A stretch of DNA of 64,000 bases from Desulfobulbaceae bacterium (GCA_020444175.1 JAHLLM010000027.1:3910-67909), one strand, 5' to 3'; counted from the first letter of the stretch, positions 1-9,655 are shown. Notes: generated by a model not told the origin, from the letters alone. Numbers and translations are program-made.

Positions 1-140
1 AACTCAGCCTGCAAAGTGAACTCTTTTACTTTGGCAGGCCTATGTTTCAGACAGTTTACAGTCCTCATTTTCAGATTAAACTTGAAGGAACCACCTTACA
101 AGTAATCAGAGTCGCGCCCTGAAAACTTGTAATTCTTTAG

Positions 141-298
141 CAGGCTGTTGAAAAATGTAGCGAACGTAGCGGAGACAAGGATTTATGCCCTTCAGGGTGA
201 AAATGAGGCGAAAAAGCACAGTTTACATGGAGTAAATGAGCATTTTGAGCCGAATTTTGACGCAGTATCAGCAAGTGCAGTAGTTTTTCAACAGCCTG
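141..298. mobile_element. MITE-like element, family A copy 1 (158 bp)
   Basis: 15-bp terminal inverted repeats CAGGCTGTTGAAAAA ... TTTTTCAACAGCCTG. Flanked by a direct TTAG duplication (137..140 and 299..302). Near-identical second copy at 30020..30201. Confidence 0.8.
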
Positions 299-322
299 TT
301 AGAATCAAGATGGCGCACGATT

Positions 323-1516
323 CTAATGTTTAAGCGCCTCATCCTCCTCAAATTTATAGACCTGAATCTGGTTTCTGCCGGCCTCTTTTGAACGGTATAA
401 AGCTGCGTCTGCAGCTTCCGAAACTTTACAGGTTAACTTATACAATGAATTGTCATTTTTCGGATCGCAATAAACCGCTCCCTTATGGAGCAGCTCTGTC
501 GGGACATCCTTCCATTTATAATCTAATTCACAAATGCCGACACTGATTGTCACATGAAAAACTTCCTGATGGCTCTCTCCCTTACTATCTCTTCTATGAA
601 ATTCCTGGGATGAAATCTCTTTCCATATATTCTGGGCCTTTTGAAAGGCATTTTTTTCCGTGCTCCCGACTAAAAACAAGGCAAACTCATCGCCACCTAA
701 TCGGATTGGAGAATCAATTCCCGCCCTGCAGTTTTTCTGGATAATTTCAGCAATTCTTTGAAGCACAACATCGCCGGTGAAGTGGCCATAACTATCATTA
801 ATTGTTTTAAAATTATCAATGTCCATAATAAGGAGAGAAAAAGCAACACTCCCTTCTTTATCCAGGAAAGTTTGCACAACCTTAGGGAGTTCCTGATCAT
901 AAAAACGCCGGTTAAATATTCCGGTAAGATTATCAATCAAAGCATGCGACTCCAGAACCAGCATACTGTTAATTGACTCTCGAATTTCTTGCTGTGTCTT
1001 TTCCGCTTCCTCAGATATCCTGTTAAAACCTTTTTCTACAATTTTTAAAATTTCCTTCCTGCCTTTGGCAGAAGTAATGGCTTGCACCATTTTAACTTTT
1101 ACGGAGTCAACCATTCCATGACCATTGGATACATTGACAATTCTGTAAAGCCGATCAAGATTTTTACCGATAGCGGCTAGTAACTCCGAGGTAAATTCCC
1201 TCTCTTCGCGAACAACCTGCAGACTTTTTGATTTCCGCAAATTATCAACTTCTCTCATAAAATCCAAACCGAGATGCTCTATCTTTTCAGTGTTCTCAAG
1301 GGTGCTGACAAGTTTGAGGTACTCGACAAAAGATTCCTTTATGGAAATTTTCTGTCTCGTCTCAAAACACTTTTCATTGTTCAAATTCTTAACAAAATGA
1401 GAGAGAGCAATCCAGAGGGAGTCATGGGGCAACCCCATATCTTTAATACGGGCGCAAATAGGGTTACAGGCAATATCTTTTGAACCTATGAGTACAGAAT
1501 TTTTTTTAGTTGACAT
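323..1516 (-). CDS. diguanylate cyclase (GGDEF domain) with an uncharacterised N-terminal domain
   Basis: C-terminal half carries DIDNFKTINDSYGH and RLGGDEFALF, the GGDEF active-site motif. 397-aa ORF. Confidence 0.85.
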   Translation of the reverse strand: MSTKKNSVLIGSKDIACNPICARIKDMGLPHDSLWIALSHFVKNLNNEKCFETRQKISIKESFVEYLKLVSTLENTEKIEHLGLDFMREVDNLRKSKSLQVVREEREFTSELLAAIGKNLDRLYRIVNVSNGHGMVDSVKVKMVQAITSAKGRKEILKIVEKGFNRISEEAEKTQQEIRESINSMLVLESHALIDNLTGIFNRRFYDQELPKVVQTFLDKEGSVAFSLLIMDIDNFKTINDSYGHFTGDVVLQRIAEIIQKNCRAGIDSPIRLGGDEFALFLVGSTEKNAFQKAQNIWKEISSQEFHRRDSKGESHQEVFHVTISVGICELDYKWKDVPTELLHKGAVYCDPKNDNSLYKLTCKVSEAADAALYRSKEAGRNQIQVYKFEEDEALKH

Positions 1517-1592
1517 GTGTAGAAATAAAATTGCCTTTCAGAAATTCTTAGTATCTGCTCAAACGCGTTTTGAGCAATTATTTGTGATTATT

Positions 1593-3245
1593 TTACAGCC
1601 CTGCTTTTTTGAAAGCTGCAGAAACTATCTCCTGGGCTTCCTCCTGTATCAGTTTGAGATGTGCTTTTCCGTTAAAACTCTCTGTATAAATCTTATAAAT
1701 ATCTTCAGTTCCTGATGGTCTGGCCGCAAACCAACCGTTTTCAGTAACCACTTTCAAGCCGCCAATTGCAGCATCATTTCCTGCAGCATGGGTATGCTTG
1801 GCAATCACGCTCTCTCCAGCAAGTTTTTCAGCCTCAACATCATCTGCTGAAAGATTAGCCAGGACATGTTTCTGCTCAGGAGTTGCAGGTGCCTCCATTC
1901 TCTCATACACAGGTGAGCCGAATTCCTGTTCAAGTTCATTATAAAGTTCTCCAGGATCCTTTCCTGTAACAGCTATAATTTCAGCAGCAAGGAGTGCCAT
2001 AACAATTCCGTCTTTATCAGTTGTCCAGACAGTGCCGTCTTTACGAAGAAAAGAAGCACCGGCACTTTCCTCACCTCCGAATCCGTATTTTCCGGTCAAA
2101 AGCCCCTGAACGAACCATTTAAATCCGACAGGCACTTCCTTCAGCGTTCTGTTCATTCCCTTGGTAACCCTGTCAATCATCGAGCTTGACACCACAGTTT
2201 TTCCGACTGCACAGCCAGCACTCCAACCTGGGCGATGTGTATAGAGATATTTAATAGCCACAGCCAGATAATGATTCGGATTAAGCAGACCATATTTACG
2301 CGTGACAATACCGTGGCGATCATAATCAGGATCATTACTCACGGCAATATCAAAACGATCCTTCAAAGCGATAAGCGATGCCATGGCATATGGAGAGGAA
2401 CAATCCATACGAATCTTGCCGTCTTTATCCAGTGTCATAAAAGAAAAGGTCGGATCAATCTTGTTATTTACTACTTCGATATCCAGCCCATATGTTTCCG
2501 CAATCACAGGCCAGTATGCTATTCCCGAACCACCAAGAGGGTCCACTCCGATCTTGACGCCAGCTTTACGTATTGCCTTGACATCAATGATATTCTCCAG
2601 ATCATCCACGTATGGCTTTACGAAATCATGCATAACGGCCATGTCAGAAGCAAACGCTTCGTCAATCGGGATAGAGGAGATGCCACGCAAACCGTCTGCA
2701 AGCATCTCATTAGCCCTCTTTTCAATAACTTTTGTGGCATCACTGTCGGCGGGTCCTCCATGGGGAGGATTATACTTGAACCCACCATCTTCAGGCGGAT
2801 TATGGGAAGGCGTTATTACAACCCCGTCAGCAGGTTTGTCCGGATTTTTTTTATTCCAGCATAATATGGCATGAGATATAGCTGGAGTAGGCGTGTACCC
2901 CCTTCCCTTCTGATACCGAACCTCGCAGCCATTGGCGACTAAAACCTGTAATGCTGTGGCAAAGGCAGGCTCAGAAAGGGCATGAGTATCCATGCCTACA
3001 AAAATTGGACCTGTTATACCTTTTGCACTTCGATATTCGACAATCGCTTGTGAAATTGCCAGGATATGGTCTTCGCAAAAACTCTCTTTCAATGAACTTC
3101 CACGATGCCCGGAAGTGCCGAAACTGACTTTTTGTTCTTCATGGGATACGTCAGGAGTATTCTGAAAATAGGCAGCAATCAACCGAGGAATGTTACATAA
3201 ATTTTTCTGTTTTGCAGGTTTACCTGCCTGGGGGTGAAGGCCCAT
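1593..3245 (-). CDS. pgm: phosphoglucomutase, alpha-D-glucose phosphate-specific
   Basis: Motifs [20 protein letters not shown] and GGEESAG. N-terminus [13 protein letters not shown] parallels E. coli Pgm MAIHNRAGQPAQQ. ATG at 3245 is preceded by GGAG; the ORF track start at 3260 is an upstream TTG. Confidence 0.93.
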   Translation of the reverse strand: MGLHPQAGKPAKQKNLCNIPRLIAAYFQNTPDVSHEEQKVSFGTSGHRGSSLKESFCEDHILAISQAIVEYRSAKGITGPIFVGMDTHALSEPAFATALQVLVANGCEVRYQKGRGYTPTPAISHAILCWNKKNPDKPADGVVITPSHNPPEDGGFKYNPPHGGPADSDATKVIEKRANEMLADGLRGISSIPIDEAFASDMAVMHDFVKPYVDDLENIIDVKAIRKAGVKIGVDPLGGSGIAYWPVIAETYGLDIEVVNNKIDPTFSFMTLDKDGKIRMDCSSPYAMASLIALKDRFDIAVSNDPDYDRHGIVTRKYGLLNPNHYLAVAIKYLYTHRPGWSAGCAVGKTVVSSSMIDRVTKGMNRTLKEVPVGFKWFVQGLLTGKYGFGGEESAGASFLRKDGTVWTTDKDGIVMALLAAEIIAVTGKDPGELYNELEQEFGSPVYERMEAPATPEQKHVLANLSADDVEAEKLAGESVIAKHTHAAGNDAAIGGLKVVTENGWFAARPSGTEDIYKIYTESFNGKAHLKLIQEEAQEIVSAAFKKAGL

Positions 3246-3390
3246 ACTTAATCTCCTCAAATAACAAAAAATAATGACTAAAGTGATTTTTTCCAGGATG
3301 TTACAACTGGTTTTTTTGTACAGTTAAATGCTTCAAAACAAAAAAGAACAATTCAGTTATTCGCCAAATTGCCTAACCAACTACAGCAGG

Positions 3391-3686
3391 ATAAAATATC
3401 AAAATGTTCAGATAAGTCCCTTAACAGCAGAGGCAACTTGTTTATTTCAAAGATTTTTTGTATCTATTCAGCGAGGGCTCAAAATGGGCCTCAACTCCAG
3501 GCCGTAACTATTCAGATGTGCCTTAGATTTGGACAAGCAGGCCTGCGAGGCAGGTAAGCGAGCTTGCGAGACTCCGATAGCCCGTCTATGTGAGCAGGCC
3601 TGATCGTTCAAAGATGAGGTGCAGATGAATAGTTACGATTTTTTTTTGAATTTCTTGCCACAAATAACACGAAAATAACTCCCAAG
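3391..3686. repeat. family E repeat, copy 1, interrupted by the family B MITE
   Basis: Both flanks (ATAAAATATCAAAAT..TAAGTCCCTTAACAGCAGAGGCAA and GAATTTCTTGCCACAAATAACACGAAAATAACTCC) are collinear with the uninterrupted copy at 30212..30340. Confidence 0.65.
3460..3636. mobile_element. MITE-like element, family B copy 1 (177 bp)
   Basis: Termini GTATCTATTCAGC / GTAACTATTCATC (reverse complement), 11 of 13 matched. Perfect 8-bp target-site duplication GATTTTTT (3452..3459 and 3637..3644). Long internal imperfect hairpin. Second copy at 49731..49883. Confidence 0.8.
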
Positions 3687-3920
3687 CGCCTAAAAAATTC
3701 TATACTTTCATAGCCGTTCAGGTCAAACGATTTTTACCATCAAAACCTTTTAACTTTTTGTCACCATTAAATAAAATCGATATTGAAATTTCTAATCCGT
3801 TGCCTGGCAACATTTTTTTGCCAAGTTCAAATCTATAGTTTATCATACGTTAAAATTTCAACTGATAATCCTCTATCCAACTAGAATGGAAGAGAATCTA
3901 TAACTTTCGAGGTATACCAC

Positions 3921-5549
3921 ATGACAATGAACCTGAAAAAACTTGCCGGATATTCTTCTATTAACGGTCCGGTAGTGACAATCATCATGGATGGGATGGG
4001 AATCGGCCCTCATGACGATAGTGATGGAGTATACGTAAGCAACACCCCGGTTCTGGATAGTCTTTTCAAGGAACCTCTCTTCACCAGGCTGAAAGCGCAT
4101 GGAACTGCAGTGGGTATGCCGACAGACGGAGACATGGGTAATTCAGAAGTTGGCCATAACGCCCTTGGATCAGGTAGAATCTTTTCGCAAGGGGCGAAAC
4201 TTGTCAGTGAAGCAATTGAATCCGGCGAAATTTTCAAAGGCAAATCCTGGATTGAAATATCTTCACGACTGAAAAACAGTGGCACATTACATTTAATCGG
4301 TATGATTTCTGACGGCAATGTCCATAGTCATATTGATCATTTATATTCACTCATTGAGGGTGCGGCCAATGAAGGTATTAAGCGACTTCGCGTTCACGGA
4401 CTTCTTGACGGGCGCGACGTAGGTTCTAAAAGCGCTCTGGACTATTTTGATCCTCTGGAAAAAAAACTGGCTGAGCATTGCAGCGCAGGAAGAGATTACC
4501 GTATCGCATCCGGCGGCGGAAGAATGGTCACAACCATGGATCGCTATGAAGCAGACTGGAACATCGTTGAAAACGGATGGAAGGCACATGTTCTTGGAGA
4601 AGGTAGAGGTTTTTCCTCAGCCACAGAGGCAATTAGAACATATTATGATGAAGATCCGGATATCACCGACCAATATATGGAAAGCTTTGTTATCGTTGAA
4701 AATGGCGCTCCGGTGGGAACCATTGAAGACGGAGATGCTGTTGTTTTATTCAATTTCAGAGGAGACAGAGCTATAGAGATATCCAGAGCTTTTGACGAAA
4801 CAGAATTCGCATATTTTGACCGAAAACGTTTCCCGCATGTATTCTTTGCGGGAATTATGCAGTATGACGGAGATGCCTCCATCCCTAAAAATTATCTTGT
4901 CGAACCTCCGGCAATTGATAAAACTCTGGGAGAATATCTCTGCGGAACAGATATTCCCTCCTTTGCTATTTCAGAGACACAGAAATACGGACATGTTACG
5001 TATTTCTGGAACGGCAACAACTCCGGGTATATAGATGAAAAACTGGAAAAATACGTTGAAATACCCTCCGACAAAGTTACCTTTGACAAACGTCCATGGA
5101 TGAAAGCTGCCGATATAACAGATCTTGTCATAGAAGCTGTTCAAAGCAAAAAGTACAAATTCATTCGTTTAAATTATGCCAACGGAGACATGGTCGGTCA
5201 CACCGGGATTCCCGCTTCCATAAGAATTGCCGTGGAGACAGTGGATATGTGCCTTGGCAGGCTGTTAAAAGTTCTGGAAAAGGCTGGAGGGATTGCAATA
5301 ATAACTGCCGACCACGGTAATGCAGACTGCATGTGGACAGAAAAAAAAGGAATTCGGTCTCCCATGGTTGCCCATACAAAAAACCCAGTACCTTTTATTA
5401 TTAAAGATTACTCCGGCCACAACAATTTCAATCTTGCCCAGCATGATAACCCGGGCCTGAGTAATGTTGCAGCGACCATCTGCAATCTTCTCGGATTTGA
5501 AAAACCGGAAGAATATGACGCATCACTGGTCAAAATAAGTAAGGGATAA
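3921..5549 (+). CDS. gpmI: 2,3-bisphosphoglycerate-independent phosphoglycerate mutase
   Basis: GNSEVGHNALGSGR (phosphoserine region), DGNVHSH and ITADHGNAD metal-binding motifs. Long-form iPGM length of 542 aa. Confidence 0.93.
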   Translation: MTMNLKKLAGYSSINGPVVTIIMDGMGIGPHDDSDGVYVSNTPVLDSLFKEPLFTRLKAHGTAVGMPTDGDMGNSEVGHNALGSGRIFSQGAKLVSEAIESGEIFKGKSWIEISSRLKNSGTLHLIGMISDGNVHSHIDHLYSLIEGAANEGIKRLRVHGLLDGRDVGSKSALDYFDPLEKKLAEHCSAGRDYRIASGGGRMVTTMDRYEADWNIVENGWKAHVLGEGRGFSSATEAIRTYYDEDPDITDQYMESFVIVENGAPVGTIEDGDAVVLFNFRGDRAIEISRAFDETEFAYFDRKRFPHVFFAGIMQYDGDASIPKNYLVEPPAIDKTLGEYLCGTDIPSFAISETQKYGHVTYFWNGNNSGYIDEKLEKYVEIPSDKVTFDKRPWMKAADITDLVIEAVQSKKYKFIRLNYANGDMVGHTGIPASIRIAVETVDMCLGRLLKVLEKAGGIAIITADHGNADCMWTEKKGIRSPMVAHTKNPVPFIIKDYSGHNNFNLAQHDNPGLSNVAATICNLLGFEKPEEYDASLVKISKG

Positions 5550-5597
5550 TTTTCTCAAAAAGGAGTTGGCTTAAACAGAAGATTGATTTCCAATCGT

Positions 5598-6422
5598 TCA
5601 TTTTTTTGAAACTTCATCCACAAAACCATAAACGGTCGGCAAAACAATGTGTACAGGAAAAATGCTTTCATTTCCCCTCTTTTGGGCATGTTGAATTACC
5701 TTTTTTATTTTAGAAATACCTGCGGAAAATTCACCATCAGTAAGAAGTGAAAGCTGAGAAGTTCCATTTTTGTGGAGAATCGGATCACGAAAGACGTCTT
5801 TACCGGAAAAATCATAGTCAAGACCGGCACGGAAACTTCGTTGACACCGGCAAAAATTATTTTCTTCCATCAGTCTCAGAATTTTTTCCGTCGAAGGGTA
5901 ACGCAGTTGATCTCTTAAAACTGTATCATTGAAGTAATCATAAACATACCACCTGTCTCTCCTTAAATGTGGATCCATGCCAATAACAGCGAGCACTCCA
6001 CCTGTCCGAAGAACGCGATGAGCTTCTTTAATGAACTTTTCCACAGAAGAAAAATGCTGAACAGCATGAATGGAATAAACAAAATCAAAAAAATTTGAAC
6101 AAAAGGGCAACTCGCAGGCATTCCCTAAGACAAGAGAATATAATCCTTGTTTTTTTCTCGCCTGAGCAAGCATACTAGATGAAAAATCAATACCATATAG
6201 TTTTGGACAAAATTTTCCTAACAGGTGTAACCAGTGCCCTGTTCCGCATCCAACTTCAAGGACATTTTGACCAATCGTTTGACTTTGCAGAAAATGAAGA
6301 ATCTCAAGAATGCCGTGTGGGCCTAATTTGTAGCGTTGTTCATATGTTGCGGCAGCATCGATATATGAAACACGCTGCACAGGCTGAATTGATAAACCTG
6401 TACAATTGGGGTTCTTTTTCAA
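5598..6422 (-). CDS. class I SAM-dependent methyltransferase
   Basis: Motif I VLEVGCGTGHW and post-I LYGIDFS. Stop of the upstream PilZ gene is 4 bp away, suggesting an operon. Confidence 0.8.
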   Translation of the reverse strand: MKKNPNCTGLSIQPVQRVSYIDAAATYEQRYKLGPHGILEILHFLQSQTIGQNVLEVGCGTGHWLHLLGKFCPKLYGIDFSSSMLAQARKKQGLYSLVLGNACELPFCSNFFDFVYSIHAVQHFSSVEKFIKEAHRVLRTGGVLAVIGMDPHLRRDRWYVYDYFNDTVLRDQLRYPSTEKILRLMEENNFCRCQRSFRAGLDYDFSGKDVFRDPILHKNGTSQLSLLTDGEFSAGISKIKKVIQHAQKRGNESIFPVHIVLPTVYGFVDEVSKK

Positions 6423-6426
6423 CTTA

Positions 6427-6843
6427 TCAGAACTTTTTATGTGATACCTGACGGTTTTCTATGAAAGATTTAAGATGGTGATAATTCTCGGGAGAAAGGT
6501 CTTTAAATTGCAGACAGTGTCGCCTCATAATAATATCGTCTGATGAGTACTGCACCTCCTGACGAATAACAACATCATCAACTAAAATAAAGGGTATGTC
6601 TTCCAACAAGAACCCATCATCTGTCAAAAGATCGACTTTCTCTGCCCCGAGAGGAACAGTAGTCAAGGAAAAATAGCTAAAAGCAAGTCCGGACATGCTG
6701 ATATCTATAATGTGGCCTATTTTATTGGCCGGGTGATGGAGAAAGGCGAATGTCCCTTCTCGCATGACAAATCTTTTCTCATTCCTCCTTTCTTGTAATT
6801 CATACTGAGTGATCATTGAAGTATACCCTCCAGTGAAATTCAT
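6427..6843 (-). CDS. stand-alone PilZ-domain protein (putative c-di-GMP receptor)
   Basis: RRNEKR (RxxxR) followed by DISMSGLAF (DxSxxG). Paralog of 10760..11170. Confidence 0.8.
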   Translation of the reverse strand: MNFTGGYTSMITQYELQERRNEKRFVMREGTFAFLHHPANKIGHIIDISMSGLAFSYFSLTTVPLGAEKVDLLTDDGFLLEDIPFILVDDVVIRQEVQYSSDDIIMRRHCLQFKDLSPENYHHLKSFIENRQVSHKKF

Positions 6844-6988
6844 CTTACCTTAATAACAATATATTAAGGTTTTAAACAACAACAAGCAAGGATACATTTT
6901 GAGGAAAACAACTCATTTTTTAGAAATATCTTACAAAAGAAATAGATAGGTAGCAAAAAAAGAATAACATTTATTTTGGGAAACATAA

Positions 6989-7262
6989 GTAAGCGCCAAT
7001 TAAACCTCACTGACAATATCCGGCAAAAGTAAATCTGTTGAGGTCAGGTTGGTGGGCAGCAAACCTCTTAAATTGATTGCAGGTGTTATTGGTAGCGCAG
7101 ATAATAACTGTAGGGTTCAATATTATTGGCCTTGGCTGTCTCAATCTAGCTGAACAGCAAGGCGGCCTATCCGCGGAGGTGCCACAACCAGTTCTCCCCG
7201 GCCCAGAACGAAGGGACGAATTGTATTCTCCGCCACATTGTTGTCTATTCCGGCATAGTCTA
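6989..7262 (-). pseudogene. IS66-family transposase C-terminal remnant with its terminal repeat
   Basis: The minus strand translates across at least 2 frames to IDNNVAENTIRPFVLGR / NWLW / IETAKANNIEPYSY / LLPTNL. This matches the IS66 TnpC C-terminal signature (DNNxAExxIRP..GRKNWLF..LIETAKxNG..PxxY..ELLPWNW). The outer end at 6989 starts GTAAGCGCC, and IS66 terminal repeats typically start GTAA. Confidence 0.7.
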
Positions 7263-7266
7263 TTTT

Positions 7267-8361
7267 TTACAGAACGAAAGATGAGATAAAATGAGCAAGT
7301 TTGTTACTATGAATAAGAAACGAAAAAGCGAAAAAGAGAAGGATTCCGCCCAATAAAAAGGTAATAGGTCCGGAAATAAGAGAGTATGACCAGAAATCCT
7401 TCTTATACCTTTGTGACAATTTCATTTCCGCACAAGTACTGACCTGAAGCGGATGAGCACTTTCATCGATGAAAACCATTTTTGTTTTCTTTAAAAGCTC
7501 TGTCTGGCAAAATGTTTCGAAATAGGCAGCAAGAACCTCGACTAATTCGTCAGTATATTTCTTTTTTCCTCCCTTAAAATAAAAGGCGTGCAGTTCCTTG
7601 ATCAACATAAAAACACTAAAGTTTCGTTTTTTTATTGGAGCCCCATACTTGTCTAAAAATTTACCCCAATATTTTAAGCGTCTCATCATTATTGCCGCAA
7701 TTTTGCTAAGTATTGAGGAGCCAACAGCCCCTTTTTGAAACTGTATGCCAGAGTGAGCATAGCCCAACACATACACTTGGTCTCTCGGTTGAATTATCCA
7801 TTCTTTAAATCGAACTTTGCCACCGTTATTCTGCACGAGAAATACATTTTTTTTCGAAAATTCTTTTCTAGTCTGCCCAAATTCCACAAAAAAGGAATCG
7901 AGGCTTTTAGGGTAATTAGATAGATTTGCTCGGTCCAATTCAAGTTCCGCAGGACGCTCATTAAAGGAAAAAACTCCATTTTCCAAAGGAAGAACCAGTG
8001 CATAAGCATCGCTGTCGTCTTTTAGAAAAAAATGATCATCTGATATACATAGACCGTGCTTCCGCCATGTAGGCTGACTTTCACTATGCTTTTTATTTAA
8101 AACAAGTTTTTCAATCGACAGCATCCAAAATGCACATTCCTGGCCACTGATCGGTGCACATCGAAGCTCATTATCCACGTGAACCTGACCTTTCAGTTCC
8201 ACCAGAGACCCTACTGCTCCAGTGGCTATTTTTGAGGTGGCTATATCAAGTATTTTTCGTGAGAAATAAAGCTTTTTAAAAGCATCTCCAATGAATCCAA
8301 AAGCAACAAATACCAGGAGACATCCCCACATGAACAAGTAAAAGGATATTGGCAGCACCAA
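7267..8361 (-). CDS. hypothetical membrane protein, possibly GIDE-like, partnered with LemA
   Basis: N-terminal and C-terminal hydrophobic segments, 364 aa, GTG start. No motif I can assign with certainty; the GIDE-like call rests only on architecture and LemA adjacency. Confidence 0.5.
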   Translation of the reverse strand: MVLPISFYLFMWGCLLVFVAFGFIGDAFKKLYFSRKILDIATSKIATGAVGSLVELKGQVHVDNELRCAPISGQECAFWMLSIEKLVLNKKHSESQPTWRKHGLCISDDHFFLKDDSDAYALVLPLENGVFSFNERPAELELDRANLSNYPKSLDSFFVEFGQTRKEFSKKNVFLVQNNGGKVRFKEWIIQPRDQVYVLGYAHSGIQFQKGAVGSSILSKIAAIMMRRLKYWGKFLDKYGAPIKKRNFSVFMLIKELHAFYFKGGKKKYTDELVEVLAAYFETFCQTELLKKTKMVFIDESAHPLQVSTCAEMKLSQRYKKDFWSYSLISGPITFLLGGILLFFAFSFLIHSNKLAHFISSFVL

Positions 8362-8480
8362 TAAAAAGCTGACTATGTTTATGATAGAATCAGTGATATT
8401 AAATGCCTTCCAGCAAATATAAGTATTGGTGAAAAAATCAAGGTTAAAAAAGATGCTATAGAAAGAACATGGACACTTGT

Positions 8481-9053
8481 TTAGTTTTCCGGCAGCTTGA
8501 TATTAATATCAACATCGATCATGTCTTCATCGGCAACAGCAAACATCTGCTCCTGTTTGAGCCTCATAAGACTTGCAAGAATGGCATCCGGCAGAGACTG
8601 GATTCGGATATTGTAATTATTCACAGAGTCGTTGTAAAATTCTCTCCTATCAGCAAGGCTTTCCTCAAGGTGTGATATCCGCTCCTGAAGTGTCTGAAAA
8701 GTCTCATTTGTCTTGAGGTTCGGGTAGTTCTCTGCCAGGGCAAAAATACCTTTAAGAGCTGCGCTTATTTCCCCACTTGCTTGAGCTTTTTCCATTACAC
8801 TGTTGCCCGCAAAATATTTCTCACGTGCTCTCATAACCTTGGTTAGAATACCCTGTTCAAACTCTGCATAACTCTGACAAACAGATATTACTTTTGGAAG
8901 TTCATCATGTCTTTGTTTCAGGATAACGTCGATATTTGCCCAGGCTTTTTTTATGTTCTCGCGAACAGCAATAAGTCCATTGTAGATGGTAAATAAGTAT
9001 CCAATAAAAACAATAAACAAAAAGGCTGATAAGCCTATAATTATAAAGTTCAT
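8481..9053 (-). CDS. lemA: LemA family protein
   Basis: N-terminal TM segment followed by the typical LemA body (RENIKKAWANIDV.., FYNDSVNNYNIRIQSLPDAILA). ATG at 9053 is preceded by GGGGGA; the ORF track start at 9083 is probably too early. Confidence 0.85.
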   Translation of the reverse strand: MNFIIIGLSAFLFIVFIGYLFTIYNGLIAVRENIKKAWANIDVILKQRHDELPKVISVCQSYAEFEQGILTKVMRAREKYFAGNSVMEKAQASGEISAALKGIFALAENYPNLKTNETFQTLQERISHLEESLADRREFYNDSVNNYNIRIQSLPDAILASLMRLKQEQMFAVADEDMIDVDINIKLPEN

Positions 9054-9499
9054 ATTCCCCCTGACTGGGTACAGATTTTCCATCAGAAAATATAATGAAA
9101 ATTTTCTGTCTGAAATACATTACGATTCATGTAGAAAAGATTTTCATGCAATACCTACATGGTAGGCATAATGAAGAAAAAAGTTCAAATGCTAATTTGA
9201 ACTGCAATCGAATAGCACACAGCTCTAAAATGCAAAATGAGCCCTAGGGTTGGGTTATTATGTGTTGAAACTGATTTTTTGATGGCGATTTCAAATTTAA
9301 TCTTTATTGAGCATTTTGTGAGCACAGCAGACTGATTCCCCAAAAGACACGGACTTTTTATTGGACTTGAGAGAGCATGAAAACTTCGAATACAAAAAAA
9401 TGACAAGTCATCCATGGGGCCTGGGGCTCCACCCAGAAGCCGAAGGCATAGCCCCCGAAGTCATTGTTAGAGACTTTTGTCCGGCAGATCCACCAAGGC

Positions 9500-9535
9500 A
9501 AAAAAAAAGGATTTAACCCATAATGAGTTAAATCC
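9500..9535 (-). terminator. rho-independent terminator after tRNA-Asp
   Basis: 9-bp stem GGATTTAAC / GTTAAATCC followed on the minus strand by a run of 9 U. Confidence 0.65.
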
Positions 9536-9552
9536 TTTGATTGTTTTCTTAA

Positions 9553-9630
9553 TGGCGGGAGCGACGAGACTCGAACTCGCGACCTCCTGCGTGACAGGCA
9601 GGCGTTCTAACCAAACTGAACTACGCCCCC
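9553..9630 (-). tRNA. tRNA-Asp (GTC)
   Basis: Reverse complement GGGGGCGTAGTTCAGTTTGGTTAGAACGCCTGCCTGTCACGCAGGAGGTCGCGAGTTCGAGTCTCGTCGCTCCCGCCA. Cloverleaf folds, anticodon loop CTGTCAC, CCA encoded. Confidence 0.95.
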
Positions 9631-9655
9631 GCTCAGGGCTTGCTTCTATCATTTA

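Noticed and set aside
1-140. Imperfect hairpin GCCTGCAAAGT..ACTTTGGCAGGC at the window start.
   Set aside because: It is truncated by the window edge, has one bulge and lacks context. Too little to interpret.
148-333. 61-62 aa ORFs (MKNV..VAETRIYALQGENEAKKHSLHGVNEHFEPNFDAVSA..) present in both family A copies (also 30027..30215). The 24-nt indel is in frame.
   Set aside because: The ORF starts at a TTG inside the terminal inverted repeat with no ribosome-binding site. It runs out through the other terminal repeat into unrelated flanking DNA, so the C-termini differ. Its conservation is explained by the DNA repeat itself. With only two copies I cannot fully exclude a small peptide.
2235-2874. 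209-aa and 163-aa plus-strand ORFs.
   Set aside because: They are antisense to pgm, which has unambiguous motifs.
3369-3557. 62-aa ORF across the family E/B repeat junction.
   Set aside because: It spans the MITE insertion boundary, so it is an artefact of the nested repeat.
6844-7266. GC-rich patch in the PilZ upstream region. I first considered SRP RNA, a glycine riboswitch or a c-di-GMP riboswitch.
   Set aside because: None of the conserved cores is present (SRP GGAA/AGCAGC loop, GEMM, glycine CTCTGGAGAG..ACCGAAGG). The patch is explained by the IS66 transposase remnant on the minus strand. The 70-aa ORF at 7077..7289 is its antisense.
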